Assembly (NCBI GenBank): GCA_048571215.1
Contig: CP182352.1
Span: 2,144,001-2,208,000 of the forward strand
DNA from: Halarcobacter sp.
GTDB taxonomy: Bacteria > Campylobacterota > Campylobacteria > Campylobacterales > Arcobacteraceae
Length of the DNA stretch: 64,000 bases
Direction of reading: 5' to 3'
Notes under the pieces: model-generated
Seen by the model: the letters and a program-made list of their open reading frames with translations, nothing else
Told to the model about the DNA's origin: nothing
Databases searched by the model: none
Made by a program: the position numbers and the translations under genes
Shown: one piece after another, positions 20,146-30,123 of the stretch
Layout of the letters: each line of letters starts with the position of its first letter
Position numbering within the stretch: position 1 is the stretch's first letter

Positions 20146-22008
20146 ATGATGAAAGATTTTAGCTTTAAATCAAAAATTTTAGTACTAGTATCTATTGGTT
20201 TACTTGGTATATTATTTGCAACTTTTATGACTATACAAAATGCTCATAAAGGTAAAGTATCTTTAAATGATTTTATTCAAAAAGCAGTAATACCAAATAG
20301 CAAATTAGAAAAACTAGAACAAACAATAAATTGGACTTATGCAAATATGGTTGAAGTCACAAGTGATTTTGCTCCTACTGTTGCATCATATGATTTAATG
20401 AAGACCAAATTTGTTGAAGTTGAAAAACAATTAAACAATTTAAATAATGAAGTTTTTATAGAAAACAAAAAATTAATCAATGATATAAAAAAAGATTGGT
20501 TTTCGATGAAAAAAGTTATTATAGAAAAAATTCTACCTGCATATGAAGATGAAGATTTAGAATTAGTTGGAGAGATAACGCAAATAGATATTTCACCCTA
20601 TTTTTTCAGTATCAAAAAAACTTTTAAACAATTGAATATAAAGGTGAAAAAATACTATCAAGAGATACAAGAGAATAGTACAAAAAGACTTGATGACAGT
20701 AGTAATTTTTCACTTATTATCTCAATTATTAATATAATTGCTGTTTTACTTATAGGATATTATATTGCAGTGACCCAGTTTACAAAACCAATTTTAGAGT
20801 TTCAAAAAGGTTTATTGTTGTTCTTTGATTATATGAATAAAAAAACAACACAAATCACTTTATTGGATGAAAATAGAAAAGATGAATTTGGGCAAATGGC
20901 AAAAGTTTTAAATGAAAATATCTTAAAAATTGAGAAAAACCTAAAAATAGATTTTGAACTTATTGAAGATACTACACAAATAGCAAACAATGTAAAATCT
21001 GGTGATTTAACATCTAGAGTTACAAAGATATCAAATAATGAGGAACTTAACAAGTTAAAAGATGTATTAAATCATATGATTGACTCAATAGATACCTATA
21101 TATCAAAAATACTTAATGTACTTGATAGCTACTCTAATCTTGATTATACTAAAAAAGTTAAAGATATAAATGTTGAAGCACAACTAGCTCAACTATCAAA
21201 TGGAATAAACAACTTAGGGGAAACCATCTCTAAAATGTTATTAGATAGTTTAAACAATGGCTCAAAACTAAAAGAAAATGCCAATTTTTTACAAGAAAAT
21301 GTTGAAAAAGTAAGTGCAAGTACAAGTCAGGAAGCTGCTAGTTTAGAAGAAACTGCAGCAGCTTTAGAGGAGATTACTGAAACAATAGTGAGTAATGCAA
21401 CAAATATAAATCAAATGTCAAATTATGCAAAAGAACTAGCAAGTGCAGTAAAACAAGGAGAAGAATTAGCCCATAAAACAACCTCATCAATGGATAAGAT
21501 AAATACAGAAATAACAGCAATAAATGAAGCAATTACAGTTATAGACCAAATCGCTTTTCAAACAAATATATTATCTTTAAATGCTGCAGTTGAAGCAGCC
21601 ACTGCTGGTGAAGCAGGAAAAGGTTTTGCTGTTGTAGCAGGAGAAGTTAGAAATTTAGCAGCAAGATCAGCTGAGGCAGCAAGTGAGATAAAAAACTTAG
21701 TTCAAAGTGCTACAACTAAAGCAAATGATGGGAAAATTGTTTCTGATAGTATGATTGAAGGTTATAATAATCTAAATAGAAATATACAAGATACAATTGA
21801 ACTTATAAATAATGTATCTATATCATCATCAGAACAAAAAACAGGGATAGAACAAATCAATGATGCAATAGGAAAACTAGATCAACAAACCCAAGCAAAT
21901 GCATCTGCATCAAGTCAAACAAAAGAGATTGCTAACCTTGTAAATAAAATGGCTGAAAATATTGTAACAGAAACAAATCATAAAAAATTTATTGGAAAAG
22001 ATATCTAA
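20146..22008 (+). CDS. Methyl-accepting chemotaxis protein
   Basis: Two TM segments, periplasmic domain, [34 protein letters not shown]. Confidence 0.96.
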   Translation: MMKDFSFKSKILVLVSIGLLGILFATFMTIQNAHKGKVSLNDFIQKAVIPNSKLEKLEQTINWTYANMVEVTSDFAPTVASYDLMKTKFVEVEKQLNNLNNEVFIENKKLINDIKKDWFSMKKVIIEKILPAYEDEDLELVGEITQIDISPYFFSIKKTFKQLNIKVKKYYQEIQENSTKRLDDSSNFSLIISIINIIAVLLIGYYIAVTQFTKPILEFQKGLLLFFDYMNKKTTQITLLDENRKDEFGQMAKVLNENILKIEKNLKIDFELIEDTTQIANNVKSGDLTSRVTKISNNEELNKLKDVLNHMIDSIDTYISKILNVLDSYSNLDYTKKVKDINVEAQLAQLSNGINNLGETISKMLLDSLNNGSKLKENANFLQENVEKVSASTSQEAASLEETAAALEEITETIVSNATNINQMSNYAKELASAVKQGEELAHKTTSSMDKINTEITAINEAITVIDQIAFQTNILSLNAAVEAATAGEAGKGFAVVAGEVRNLAARSAEAASEIKNLVQSATTKANDGKIVSDSMIEGYNNLNRNIQDTIELINNVSISSSEQKTGIEQINDAIGKLDQQTQANASASSQTKEIANLVNKMAENIVTETNHKKFIGKDI

Positions 22009-22029
22009 AACACTAAAACTTTTGTAAGT

Positions 22030-22899
22030 TTATATTTCAATAATATAAAAACTTTCAAAAGTTTCATCACTATTTAAAATATTTATACCTCTTTTTTCTT
22101 CAAGTTTTTGATTATGTTCTATAAAATCAGCAACTCCATGCCAAGGCTCTATACAAATAAATGGTGCACCTGTAGGTTTTGACCATAAACCTAAATAAGG
22201 AAAACCTTTAAAATCTATTTTTATAAATCTATTGTTTTTAGTATTTTTAAAACAGATAGTATCAATACTTTTATCATTTAAAACAAGGGCATCATCTTTA
22301 AATATTGTTTCATCTAAAAAGAGTCTATTTTCTTTTAGATCTATCTTCACACTATTTTTATCTACACCATGATTAGTCAAAGGAAATCTTTCTAAACTAT
22401 TTATATTTTTAAAAGCAAAATAACAATCTTGTTTCTCTTCATTTTCTAAAGGCCAATTAAATGCTGGATGAGCCCCAATTGAAAAATAGATTTTGTCATT
22501 TGATTTATTTACTACTTTATAACTAACTATCAAAGAACTATTTTTTAAAGTGTATGTTATAAAAAGCTTAAAGTAAAAAGGATATTTTTTGTAACTCTCT
22601 TTTGTATTTTCAAGTTTTAAAGTGATCTTATCATCTTCTTTTTCAACAACTTCAAATAAACTATCCCTTGCAAACCCATGTTGCCCCATACTATAAGTTT
22701 TCTCTTTATAAATATATTTATCATCCAAAAGTTTTCCAACTATGGGAAATAGTACAGGGGCGTGTCTATTCCAATATTTAGCATCACCTTGCCAAATATA
22801 TTCAATATCCTCATCATTTTTTTTTAAACTACAAAGTTCTGCTCCAAAATCTTTTATATTTGCTTGTAAAAAACTATTTCTTATGGTGTATATTTTCAT
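22030..22899 (-). CDS. Aldose 1-epimerase family protein (LacX-like)
   Basis: HAPVLFPIVG, QHGFAR, GAHPAF, FICIEPW. Confidence 0.9.
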   Translation of the reverse strand: MKIYTIRNSFLQANIKDFGAELCSLKKNDEDIEYIWQGDAKYWNRHAPVLFPIVGKLLDDKYIYKEKTYSMGQHGFARDSLFEVVEKEDDKITLKLENTKESYKKYPFYFKLFITYTLKNSSLIVSYKVVNKSNDKIYFSIGAHPAFNWPLENEEKQDCYFAFKNINSLERFPLTNHGVDKNSVKIDLKENRLFLDETIFKDDALVLNDKSIDTICFKNTKNNRFIKIDFKGFPYLGLWSKPTGAPFICIEPWHGVADFIEHNQKLEEKRGINILNSDETFESFYIIEI

Positions 22900-22907
22900 A
22901 AAATCTC

Positions 22908-23558
22908 TTATTGTTTTAATATTTGTATTTTTTTTAATAATAATTGTTTTTGATTTATATCATTTTCTATTTTATAAAGATAATTTAACCAATATAAAAC
23001 CAAACTTTTATATCCATAAAATGATGCTTTATCTATTAAATATTTTATATCTTCTTTTTTTAGCTGTTTTTTTACTAAACTTGCTGCTATAAATTGAGAA
23101 GAGACTTGTTTTATTGATTTGATAGACTCAAATAATAACTCATAGTTTTTTTCTAAATTATACTTTTCAAAAGTTTGATACTGTTTTGGTAAGAGTTCTA
23201 TTTGTTCTTTTTTTATTTTATTTTGCAACATTAAATAATAAGCATTTAACTCTTTTGAAGAGATCAACTCTTCTATTTGCTTAAACTGCAAACACTTATC
23301 ATCTTCCCCCACACTTATATTTAAAGCGCAAGAACCTAAGTAAATCCTTCCTAATTGGTTTAAGTTTGCACTTTGTTTTGCATATTTTATTGCCCTATTT
23401 AAATCATCCTTTGCTAAGTCTATATCTGCACTTAAAAAACTTTTTGTATATGAACTAAAAGCACTTGAGCTATTGTATTCCCATTGATTTTCAGGTGCTT
23501 TAAAAGAACAACCATAAAAAAGAACTATTAAAAAAACTATTAAGATATTTAGTTTCAT
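22908..23558 (-). CDS. Lipoprotein (Mce-operon associated)
   Basis: Lipobox LFYGC; overlaps the MlaD-like gene. Confidence 0.7.
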   Translation of the reverse strand: MKLNILIVFLIVLFYGCSFKAPENQWEYNSSSAFSSYTKSFLSADIDLAKDDLNRAIKYAKQSANLNQLGRIYLGSCALNISVGEDDKCLQFKQIEELISSKELNAYYLMLQNKIKKEQIELLPKQYQTFEKYNLEKNYELLFESIKSIKQVSSQFIAASLVKKQLKKEDIKYLIDKASFYGYKSLVLYWLNYLYKIENDINQKQLLLKKIQILKQ

Positions 23559-24469
23559 GGTAAAACTACCTTTTGATTTTTTTGCTCTAAGAATAGATTA
23601 TCAACTTTTTCTATGATTTTATTTGATTTTGTTATTGCTGCTTTTACCTGTTGTTTTATTTGAATTAAATCTTTTTCTGATGAACCAACTGAGTTAACCA
23701 CACCATCTAAACTTTTCAGTTTTTTTTGTATATCTTGTGCAATATTCCCTAACTGTTTCATAAACTGAGCTAACTGGGGTATTACATCGCTATTTACATC
23801 AGAGCTTATTTTATTGAATTTTTTTAATAAGATAGGTAGTTCATTTATAGTTTTTATAAAAGATTCAGTTGATTTTTTATCTCCTGTTATACTTGTAAGC
23901 AAGGATTTGTTCTCCACTAAACTTGCACTAAATTTTTCTATGTTTTTAACAATTTTCATCAACTCAGAATCATCTTTGGCAAGATAAGTTGTGATTTTAT
24001 CCACAGAAGTAACTATATTTGATATTTTAGAGATTATAGGTTCTAAACTTAAAACTAAATCATTTATATCATTGCTAACTATTGTGTTTATTGTTGAGCC
24101 ATCTTTTAAAATAGGATTTCCAATAGCAGAATATAATATGATTTGAGCAGAACCTAAAACAGGTTTTTGTATCATTAGTAAACTTCCTTCACTAAGCCAC
24201 TTTTGGTTTTCTTTATCTACTGAAAAAGTAAATTTTACATTCCCATTATCTAAAAGTTTAATTGTATCTATTCTACCAATAGCAAAACCAGAAACTTTCA
24301 CAGGCATCCCAACAGTAAATGAATCAGCACTAAAAGTTATAAAAGAGTAGTTATATCTTTTATCAAAAGTGCCTTTTTTTACTAAGATATAATATACCAC
24401 ACCAAAAAGGTTTAAAAGTAAGAAAAGTACAAATAATCCCACCTTAAATTTTATATTATTATAAGTCAT
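23555..24469 (-). CDS. MlaD/MCE-family protein
   Basis: KVGLFV TM anchor, GMPVKVSGFAIGRI, coiled-coil tail. Confidence 0.85.
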   Translation of the reverse strand: MTYNNIKFKVGLFVLFLLLNLFGVVYYILVKKGTFDKRYNYSFITFSADSFTVGMPVKVSGFAIGRIDTIKLLDNGNVKFTFSVDKENQKWLSEGSLLMIQKPVLGSAQIILYSAIGNPILKDGSTINTIVSNDINDLVLSLEPIISKISNIVTSVDKITTYLAKDDSELMKIVKNIEKFSASLVENKSLLTSITGDKKSTESFIKTINELPILLKKFNKISSDVNSDVIPQLAQFMKQLGNIAQDIQKKLKSLDGVVNSVGSSEKDLIQIKQQVKAAITKSNKIIEKVDNLFLEQKNQKVVLP

Positions 24470-24483
24470 TTTTTTCCTAAATT

Positions 24484-25239
24484 TTAATAAAGTATCAATA
24501 TAAACAATGATTCTACTAAGATTAGCATACTTAATATTATGATTAAATTTTTTATTACCAATCTAGTTACATCAGAGGCACTCTTTCTTATATGCCCTGA
24601 ATAAAGTGGTATAAAAACACAAATAAAACCAAAGATAGCACCCTTTATCAATAAAACTAAAATATTTTTAAAATTAATAGAAGTGATAATCATATTTTTA
24701 TATGTCATAAAATCGATATTTAGATATAAAGAAGAAACAATATAACCACTAGCTATCATAATAGTTGCAAACAACAAAGCCATTAGGGGTACTATAAATA
24801 AACCTGTTATCAATTTTGGTATATAAACCTTACTACCTAAAACATTTTGCTCTTTTTTCATATCATGTATTTTTTCTTGTAAAGATAAACTATAAACTAA
24901 AACAAAAAAGATAGCTGTAAAAAATGGTGAAAATTCATTTATCACAAATAAAATCAATAACTTACCCATTTGATCAACAAGATTAAAACTTATTGAAAAA
25001 CTAATTGCAAGTACCAAAAGAGCTGAACCCAAAAATAAAGCTAAAAAAATAAAAGAAAATAGATTTCTAATACCACTTAAATAAATTTGTTCAACAAAAA
25101 TAATTCTCGAAGATTTACCATAATTTCTAGGCAAAAATATATTACCAAGGGATTGAAAAAGAAAAATAAAAAAAGCATAAGTAGAGATAGAATAATCAAT
25201 AACCCTACTTCCGATATTTTCTACAAATTTTACAAACAA
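24484..25239 (-). CDS. MlaE-like ABC permease
   Basis: Hydrophobic; NEFSPFFTA and PKL motifs; adjacent to MlaD. Confidence 0.75.
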   Translation of the reverse strand: MFVKFVENIGSRVIDYSISTYAFFIFLFQSLGNIFLPRNYGKSSRIIFVEQIYLSGIRNLFSFIFLALFLGSALLVLAISFSISFNLVDQMGKLLILFVINEFSPFFTAIFFVLVYSLSLQEKIHDMKKEQNVLGSKVYIPKLITGLFIVPLMALLFATIMIASGYIVSSLYLNIDFMTYKNMIITSINFKNILVLLIKGAIFGFICVFIPLYSGHIRKSASDVTRLVIKNLIIILSMLILVESLFILILY

Positions 25240-25333
25240 ATTTGACTCTTTCAGATTATGTAAAACTATATAATCATAAATTTTATATTAAATAATAGTA
25301 CCAAAATAGTAATGAATAGTGTATAAACTCTAA

Positions 25334-26251
25334 TTAATTGTTTAATGAAAGTAATTTTTGTTTGAGTTTTCTTTTTAACATTTTTTTAAAAGATTGGGGA
25401 GATATAATATTTATATTTGGTAACCATTTAATTACTAATTCTGCAAGCTCATTCAATGAACTTACATTATAATGTACTTCTATATCTCCATTATCAAAGG
25501 TGTGGACAACTTCTTGTGAAGGAAGATACTTTTTGAAAATAAAAAATCTACTTACTTTTTTTGAAACTCGTAATTTTACAAGGATATTATCTTTTCCAAA
25601 TACCGCCCAAGGTGTTTGTATTTTTTTAATGAACTTTTGTATATCTGAATGTGCATAAAATGTTTTTTTTGTATCTGTCACTTCCTCAATCATAGAGATA
25701 CGTCGAAATTCAAATTGTGATTTAGAAGCGTTTTCCCCAACAAGATAGAAGTTTTCATTTAAAAATAGTATTTTGTACGGTCTAAAATTTGTTTGAGTAA
25801 CAGCTCTCTCACTTTTATACTTTATCTTTACCTCTTTGTTGAACTTAATCGCATGCTCAAGTTTTTTTATTACTTCAATCTTCTTTATACTCTCAAATGG
25901 GCGAGATTTAAAGTCATATACACTCATTGACTGCTTTATCAGTGCCTTTGTTTTATCAGAGATAAGAGATTCTTTTTGCGTAATGCCAAAAAGATTAACT
26001 ATATTTGCTAATGTCATCAAGTCTCTAGCATTAAGTACATCTTCAAGTAATACTTTTTTGTAAGCTTGATAACACTCTCCCTCTTTGCTCACAAAGTCCC
26101 CAAAAATCTCTTTTATCAGTTCAAAATCTCTTCGTATAGTTCTGTCACTAACTTCATATGCAGTAGCTAGATTTGAAATACAAAGTTTTTTACCAGCATT
26201 TAGATCTTTTAAAATTTCTATAGTTCGATATAGGCTAGATTTTTGGCTCAA
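25334..26251 (-). CDS. HTH-WYL-domain transcriptional regulator
   Basis: HTH EVSDRTIRRDF; RPYKILFLNENFYLVG (WYL variant), FRRISMI; TTG start. Confidence 0.88.
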   Translation of the reverse strand: MSQKSSLYRTIEILKDLNAGKKLCISNLATAYEVSDRTIRRDFELIKEIFGDFVSKEGECYQAYKKVLLEDVLNARDLMTLANIVNLFGITQKESLISDKTKALIKQSMSVYDFKSRPFESIKKIEVIKKLEHAIKFNKEVKIKYKSERAVTQTNFRPYKILFLNENFYLVGENASKSQFEFRRISMIEEVTDTKKTFYAHSDIQKFIKKIQTPWAVFGKDNILVKLRVSKKVSRFFIFKKYLPSQEVVHTFDNGDIEVHYNVSSLNELAELVIKWLPNINIISPQSFKKMLKRKLKQKLLSLNN

Positions 26252-26796
26252 TTATTTTTTCCATTTATGATATCTAAATACTCTTCTTTGACATCATCAT
26301 CTATTTCAACACCTTTATTGCCACCATAGAGTTTGTCACTTTGATTTTTTTTGAAACCACTAATCCAGTATTCTTCCCCTGTATCTACATCATAATAATT
26401 AGATTTGTATCCATTACCTTTTAAACTAGAAAATCGTTTATCGCCATAATATAAGCTTTTACCAGACTTAGAAAAATAAACTCTACCTATACGTCCATCA
26501 CCCAATATGCCACCACCTTTATATTCTATATACATGATACGTGATTTGAGATTTTTCTTTAATGGCATAATCCAATCATCATTGGATTCTACTGCCTCAC
26601 TTTCACACTCTTTGATAATTTCATCAGCCTTTTCTAATATCTGCCATTTTTCAAAACCACGACTTTGAAGTTCATATTCTATACGTCTTTTTTTAGCATT
26701 TAAGTATCTACGATTTTTATTGTATTTAGAATTTTCTTCATCATCAACACATTGAGCGAAATTTTCCAATAAAGTTTCTGTTGGGATATTTTTCAT
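26248..26796 (-). CDS. Conserved hypothetical protein of the RNA-repair locus
   Basis: C-terminal domain IMYIE.K..GRIGRV.FSKSGKSLYY..NYYD..TGEEYWISG; overlapping start/stop codons with neighbours. Confidence 0.6.
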   Translation of the reverse strand: MKNIPTETLLENFAQCVDDEENSKYNKNRRYLNAKKRRIEYELQSRGFEKWQILEKADEIIKECESEAVESNDDWIMPLKKNLKSRIMYIEYKGGGILGDGRIGRVYFSKSGKSLYYGDKRFSSLKGNGYKSNYYDVDTGEEYWISGFKKNQSDKLYGGNKGVEIDDDVKEEYLDIINGKNN

Positions 26797-27116
26797 TTTA
26801 AGTATTCCTCTACTGATGTTTTTAACAATTTTACCAATTCTTCATCCATATATTGATACTCATCAGGAATATCAAGAACAATAATTTTTTTATATTGTAG
26901 TTGTCTAGAAAAGTCAGATTTTAGCCTTTCTTTATGTTTGTACTCCATCACAAAGATAAGTTCTGCCCACTGTATATCTTTAGCATTAACTATTTTTCTT
27001 GCACTTGGACTTGTTCCGGCCGAGCGAACATTGACACGATCATCTTTGCTATATATTTTCTCAGCCGTAGGGCTTCGCCATTGGTTACGGCTACATATAA
27101 ATAGGATGTTTTTCAT
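26793..27116 (-). CDS. Low-molecular-weight protein-tyrosine-phosphatase-like protein
   Basis: FICSRNQWRSPTAE (CX5R), SAGT, LDIPDEY. Confidence 0.85.
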   Translation of the reverse strand: MKNILFICSRNQWRSPTAEKIYSKDDRVNVRSAGTSPSARKIVNAKDIQWAELIFVMEYKHKERLKSDFSRQLQYKKIIVLDIPDEYQYMDEELVKLLKTSVEEYLK

Positions 27117-27643
27117 CTTATCTTTATTCGTTTCTTTTTAAATTTTTTAAATCCATAGGCAAGTACTCTTTGAATAAGTTTTAACTCTTTTGCATTGAAC
27201 TTTGGATGATATGGTGGATTATTTTGAGTTACACTTGGTAAGTTTGTGCCAAAAAAAACTTTTTCATATACTTTATATGCTTTTACAGCTTTACTACGAT
27301 ATGCTTGTAATTCATCATTATCAAGCTCAAAAGTATTTGCCATATCAATAAAAAAATTCCAAACAGTTAAGATGTCTGTACACTCAATTTTACCTTTAGC
27401 ATTCTTTTTTATCCATTTCAAAACTATGTCTAAATTATGCACTATAGGTTCAGAGTCTTTTACCACTTTTATATCTCTTTTTTTTGCATATTGTTTTAAA
27501 AATTTTAATTCTGTAAAAACAGGAATTTTGTTAGATTTTTTATCAATATAAAATGTATCTTCATTCTCATCATCTATTTCTAAAATAAGATACCTATTCT
27601 TTTTATTTAATCTATAGAGTAATGGGTAAAATTTAGTTTTCAA
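27113..27643 (-). CDS. Hypothetical protein
   Basis: 176-aa ORF, TTG start with AAGGA RBS; first gene of the divergent operon. Confidence 0.55.
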   Translation of the reverse strand: MKTKFYPLLYRLNKKNRYLILEIDDENEDTFYIDKKSNKIPVFTELKFLKQYAKKRDIKVVKDSEPIVHNLDIVLKWIKKNAKGKIECTDILTVWNFFIDMANTFELDNDELQAYRSKAVKAYKVYEKVFFGTNLPSVTQNNPPYHPKFNAKELKLIQRVLAYGFKKFKKKRIKIR

Positions 27644-27730
27644 AATAAAATACTTCCTTTATTTAAAACTGGACAAAATACGTCAAAAAAATATTGTAAC
27701 ATCTTTTCAATAAAAAATAAGGAGTCAAAT

Positions 27731-27841
27731 ATGAAATCATTAACAAAACAAAATCAACACAATACACAAAACAAAAATAACAAACCATGGAGAAATAATG
27801 GACAATTTAACAATCATCGCTTCAAAGAAAAACTGGATTGA
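27731..27841 (+). CDS. Putative 36-aa N/Q-rich leader ORF overlapping the rtcB start (MKSLTKQNQHNTQNKNNKPWRNNGQFNNHRFKEKLD)
   Basis: AAGGAG RBS at 27719-27724, ATG at 27731, TGA at 27839-27841; different frame from rtcB. Confidence 0.4.
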   Translation: MKSLTKQNQHNTQNKNNKPWRNNGQFNNHRFKEKLD

Positions 27842-28859
27842 TACTAGAAGCGTAGAAACATTAAAAAATATTACACAATTTAAAGGTGTAAAAAAAGTAG
27901 TCGGATTACCAGACTTAAGTATAGGACTTGTCCCTAATGGCAGTGCAATACTAACAGAAGATAGAATCTATCCACATCTAATAGGTGGGGATATAGGATG
28001 TGGAATGAGCCTATTTGAGGTGCCTTTAAAAGCTAAAAGAATAAAAGTATCAAAATTTGTAAAAGCTCTTTCAAAGATAGAAAGTTTAGATGATATTGAT
28101 ATAGATGAACCATCACTTGGATACCATTTAGGAACTATAGGAAAAGGGAACCATTTTGCTGAGTTACATCTTGTAAATGAGATTAAAGATTATATGCTTT
28201 TTAAACAATTAAGTTTAGATGAAAATTCACTTTATACTTTAGTACATAGCGGTTCTCGTGCATTTGGACAGATTATATTTGATAAAGTAGCTGGACAATA
28301 CAATCCAAATGAGGGTTTATCCATTACTCAAGCAAGTAGTTATTTAAAAGAGCATGATAAAGCAATTATATATGCAAAAAAAAGTCGTCTACAAATAGCG
28401 AAAAAATTACTCAAAGCTATAAAACTAGAATCTAATTTAAAATGTGTAAGTGATACAGCACATAATAGTATTGAAAAAACAAAAGATGGTTTATTGCATA
28501 GAAAAGGTGCAACACCTACAAATAAAGGTGCTGTAATAATAGCTGGAAGTAGAGGGACACTTAGTTACCTTGTTATGGCAACGAATGACACAAAGAAATC
28601 TAATTATTCATTGGCTCATGGTGCAGGGAGAAAATGGGAAAGAAGTTCAGCAGAAGCTAAACTAAGAAACAATTACAATAAAACTGAATTGGAACGTACT
28701 TCTATAGGTTCACGTGTACTTTGCAAAGATAAAAAGTTACTTTATGAAGAAGCACCACAAGCTTATAAAAATATTGAAATTGTAATAAATGATTTAGTAG
28801 ATGCAGGACTTGCAACTGTTATAGCTACATTTAAACCTATACTTACATATAAGGAGTAG
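27798..28859 (+). CDS. rtcB: RtcB-family RNA ligase (PrfH-associated RtcB2 type)
   Basis: GGDIGCG, LGTIGKGNHF, VHSGSR, HN, HRKGA, HGAGR, EEAPQAYK. Confidence 0.9.
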   Translation: MDNLTIIASKKNWIDTRSVETLKNITQFKGVKKVVGLPDLSIGLVPNGSAILTEDRIYPHLIGGDIGCGMSLFEVPLKAKRIKVSKFVKALSKIESLDDIDIDEPSLGYHLGTIGKGNHFAELHLVNEIKDYMLFKQLSLDENSLYTLVHSGSRAFGQIIFDKVAGQYNPNEGLSITQASSYLKEHDKAIIYAKKSRLQIAKKLLKAIKLESNLKCVSDTAHNSIEKTKDGLLHRKGATPTNKGAVIIAGSRGTLSYLVMATNDTKKSNYSLAHGAGRKWERSSAEAKLRNNYNKTELERTSIGSRVLCKDKKLLYEEAPQAYKNIEIVINDLVDAGLATVIATFKPILTYKE

Positions 28860-28862
28860 AAA

Positions 28863-29456
28863 ATGATTATCTATATTAGTAGTGGTAATGGAGTAGATGA
28901 AGTTTGTAGAGCAATATGGCTTTTTTGTAACTGGCTAGAAAAAAACTATGACTTTGAAATTATCTCTATAGAGAAATCATCTCATGATTGTTATAAGTCG
29001 GTTCTTATAAAAAGTGATGATAAAAGCTTTAAGCATTTAGAAGGAACACATCTTTGGAAATCAACCAGCCCATTTAGACCAAAACATAAAAGAAAAAATT
29101 GGTATTTTTCTTTACAATGTTACGAAGAAAATAAAATTGAGCAAATAGATATAACAAAAATCATCTATCAAACAATGAAAAGTCCTAAAAAAGGTGGGCA
29201 ACATGTTAATACTACATCAAGTGGAGTGAGAGCTTTATACCCACCTTTGAATATAGAAGCATTAAGTTATGATGAAAGAAGTCAGCATCAAAACAAAAAA
29301 ATTGCACAAGAAAGACTTTTACAAAAAGTAAATTCCATAAATCATAAAAAAATACAAAAAAAAGCAATAATGATGTGGAAAGAAGGAAAAGAGATTGTAA
29401 GAGGAAATCCTATAAAGATTTTTGAAGGGCTTAAGTTTAAAGAGCTAATAAAATAA
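28863..29456 (+). CDS. prfH: Peptide chain release factor H
   Basis: SSG.G..E, SPFRPKHKRKNW, GGQHVN, RSQHQNK; downstream of rtcB. Confidence 0.9.
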   Translation: MIIYISSGNGVDEVCRAIWLFCNWLEKNYDFEIISIEKSSHDCYKSVLIKSDDKSFKHLEGTHLWKSTSPFRPKHKRKNWYFSLQCYEENKIEQIDITKIIYQTMKSPKKGGQHVNTTSSGVRALYPPLNIEALSYDERSQHQNKKIAQERLLQKVNSINHKKIQKKAIMMWKEGKEIVRGNPIKIFEGLKFKELIK

Positions 29457-29478
29457 AGATTATCTTACAATTTATCTC

Positions 29479-29501
29479 ATTCCCAAGCTAAGCTTGGGAA
29501 T
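29479..29501. repeat. Perfect palindrome, REP-like or bidirectional terminator
   Basis: ATTCCCAAGCT-A-AGCTTGGGAAT between convergent genes. Confidence 0.6.
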
Positions 29502-29507
29502 AAATAC

Positions 29508-29885
29508 TTACTTTATTTTAGCCAAGATATTTCTATAAATCTTGTTATTTACATCTTTAATGATTATTTGAGAACGAAAAAGTGCCCAAAGTTCCACAAT
29601 TGAGATCAAAATAATCATTCCAAGCCCTATTTTATAATCTCCTTCAATTATCAATATTATACCAATAATAAAAACTAATAAATTTATACAAGCATTAATC
29701 CATTTTTCCAAATAAAAATGGTGTAAACCAGCTACAAAAAACCAATTTAAGGTTGCATATGTATCAGGGTCTTTTATTTTATCTTTTACCTCCAAATAAA
29801 AATTTTTTCTTTCTTCCTCACTTAAACTACTAATTTGATTACGTAGTTGTTCCTCTTCTTTATTTATTTCATCTTTATCAAGCAA
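29508..29885 (-). CDS. TM2-domain membrane protein
   Basis: KDPDTYATLNWFFVAGLHHFYL. Confidence 0.75.
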   Translation of the reverse strand: MLDKDEINKEEEQLRNQISSLSEEERKNFYLEVKDKIKDPDTYATLNWFFVAGLHHFYLEKWINACINLLVFIIGIILIIEGDYKIGLGMIILISIVELWALFRSQIIIKDVNNKIYRNILAKIK

Positions 29886-29888
29886 TGC

Positions 29889-30119
29889 CTACTCCTGTTT
29901 TTCTAATGGGTCAATACATTTACAAATACTATCATGTCTATTACAATTTTTCATTCTATTTATCCCCAACTTAATTCCAGAAAATAAACCAAATTTATCT
30001 ATTGCTTGGTAAGTGTATAAAGAACAAGATGGTTCAAAATTACATTCTACACCAAACCATCTTTTACCACCACCAGTTTGACGATATTTTTTTATCATAA
30101 TTAGTATTAATTGTTTCAA
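29889..30119 (-). CDS. YidD-like (membrane protein insertion efficiency factor) protein
   Basis: CNFEPSCS.Y...AI.KFG...G....RM..C. Confidence 0.8.
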   Translation of the reverse strand: MKQLILIMIKKYRQTGGGKRWFGVECNFEPSCSLYTYQAIDKFGLFSGIKLGINRMKNCNRHDSICKCIDPLEKQE

Positions 30120-30123
30120 AATC

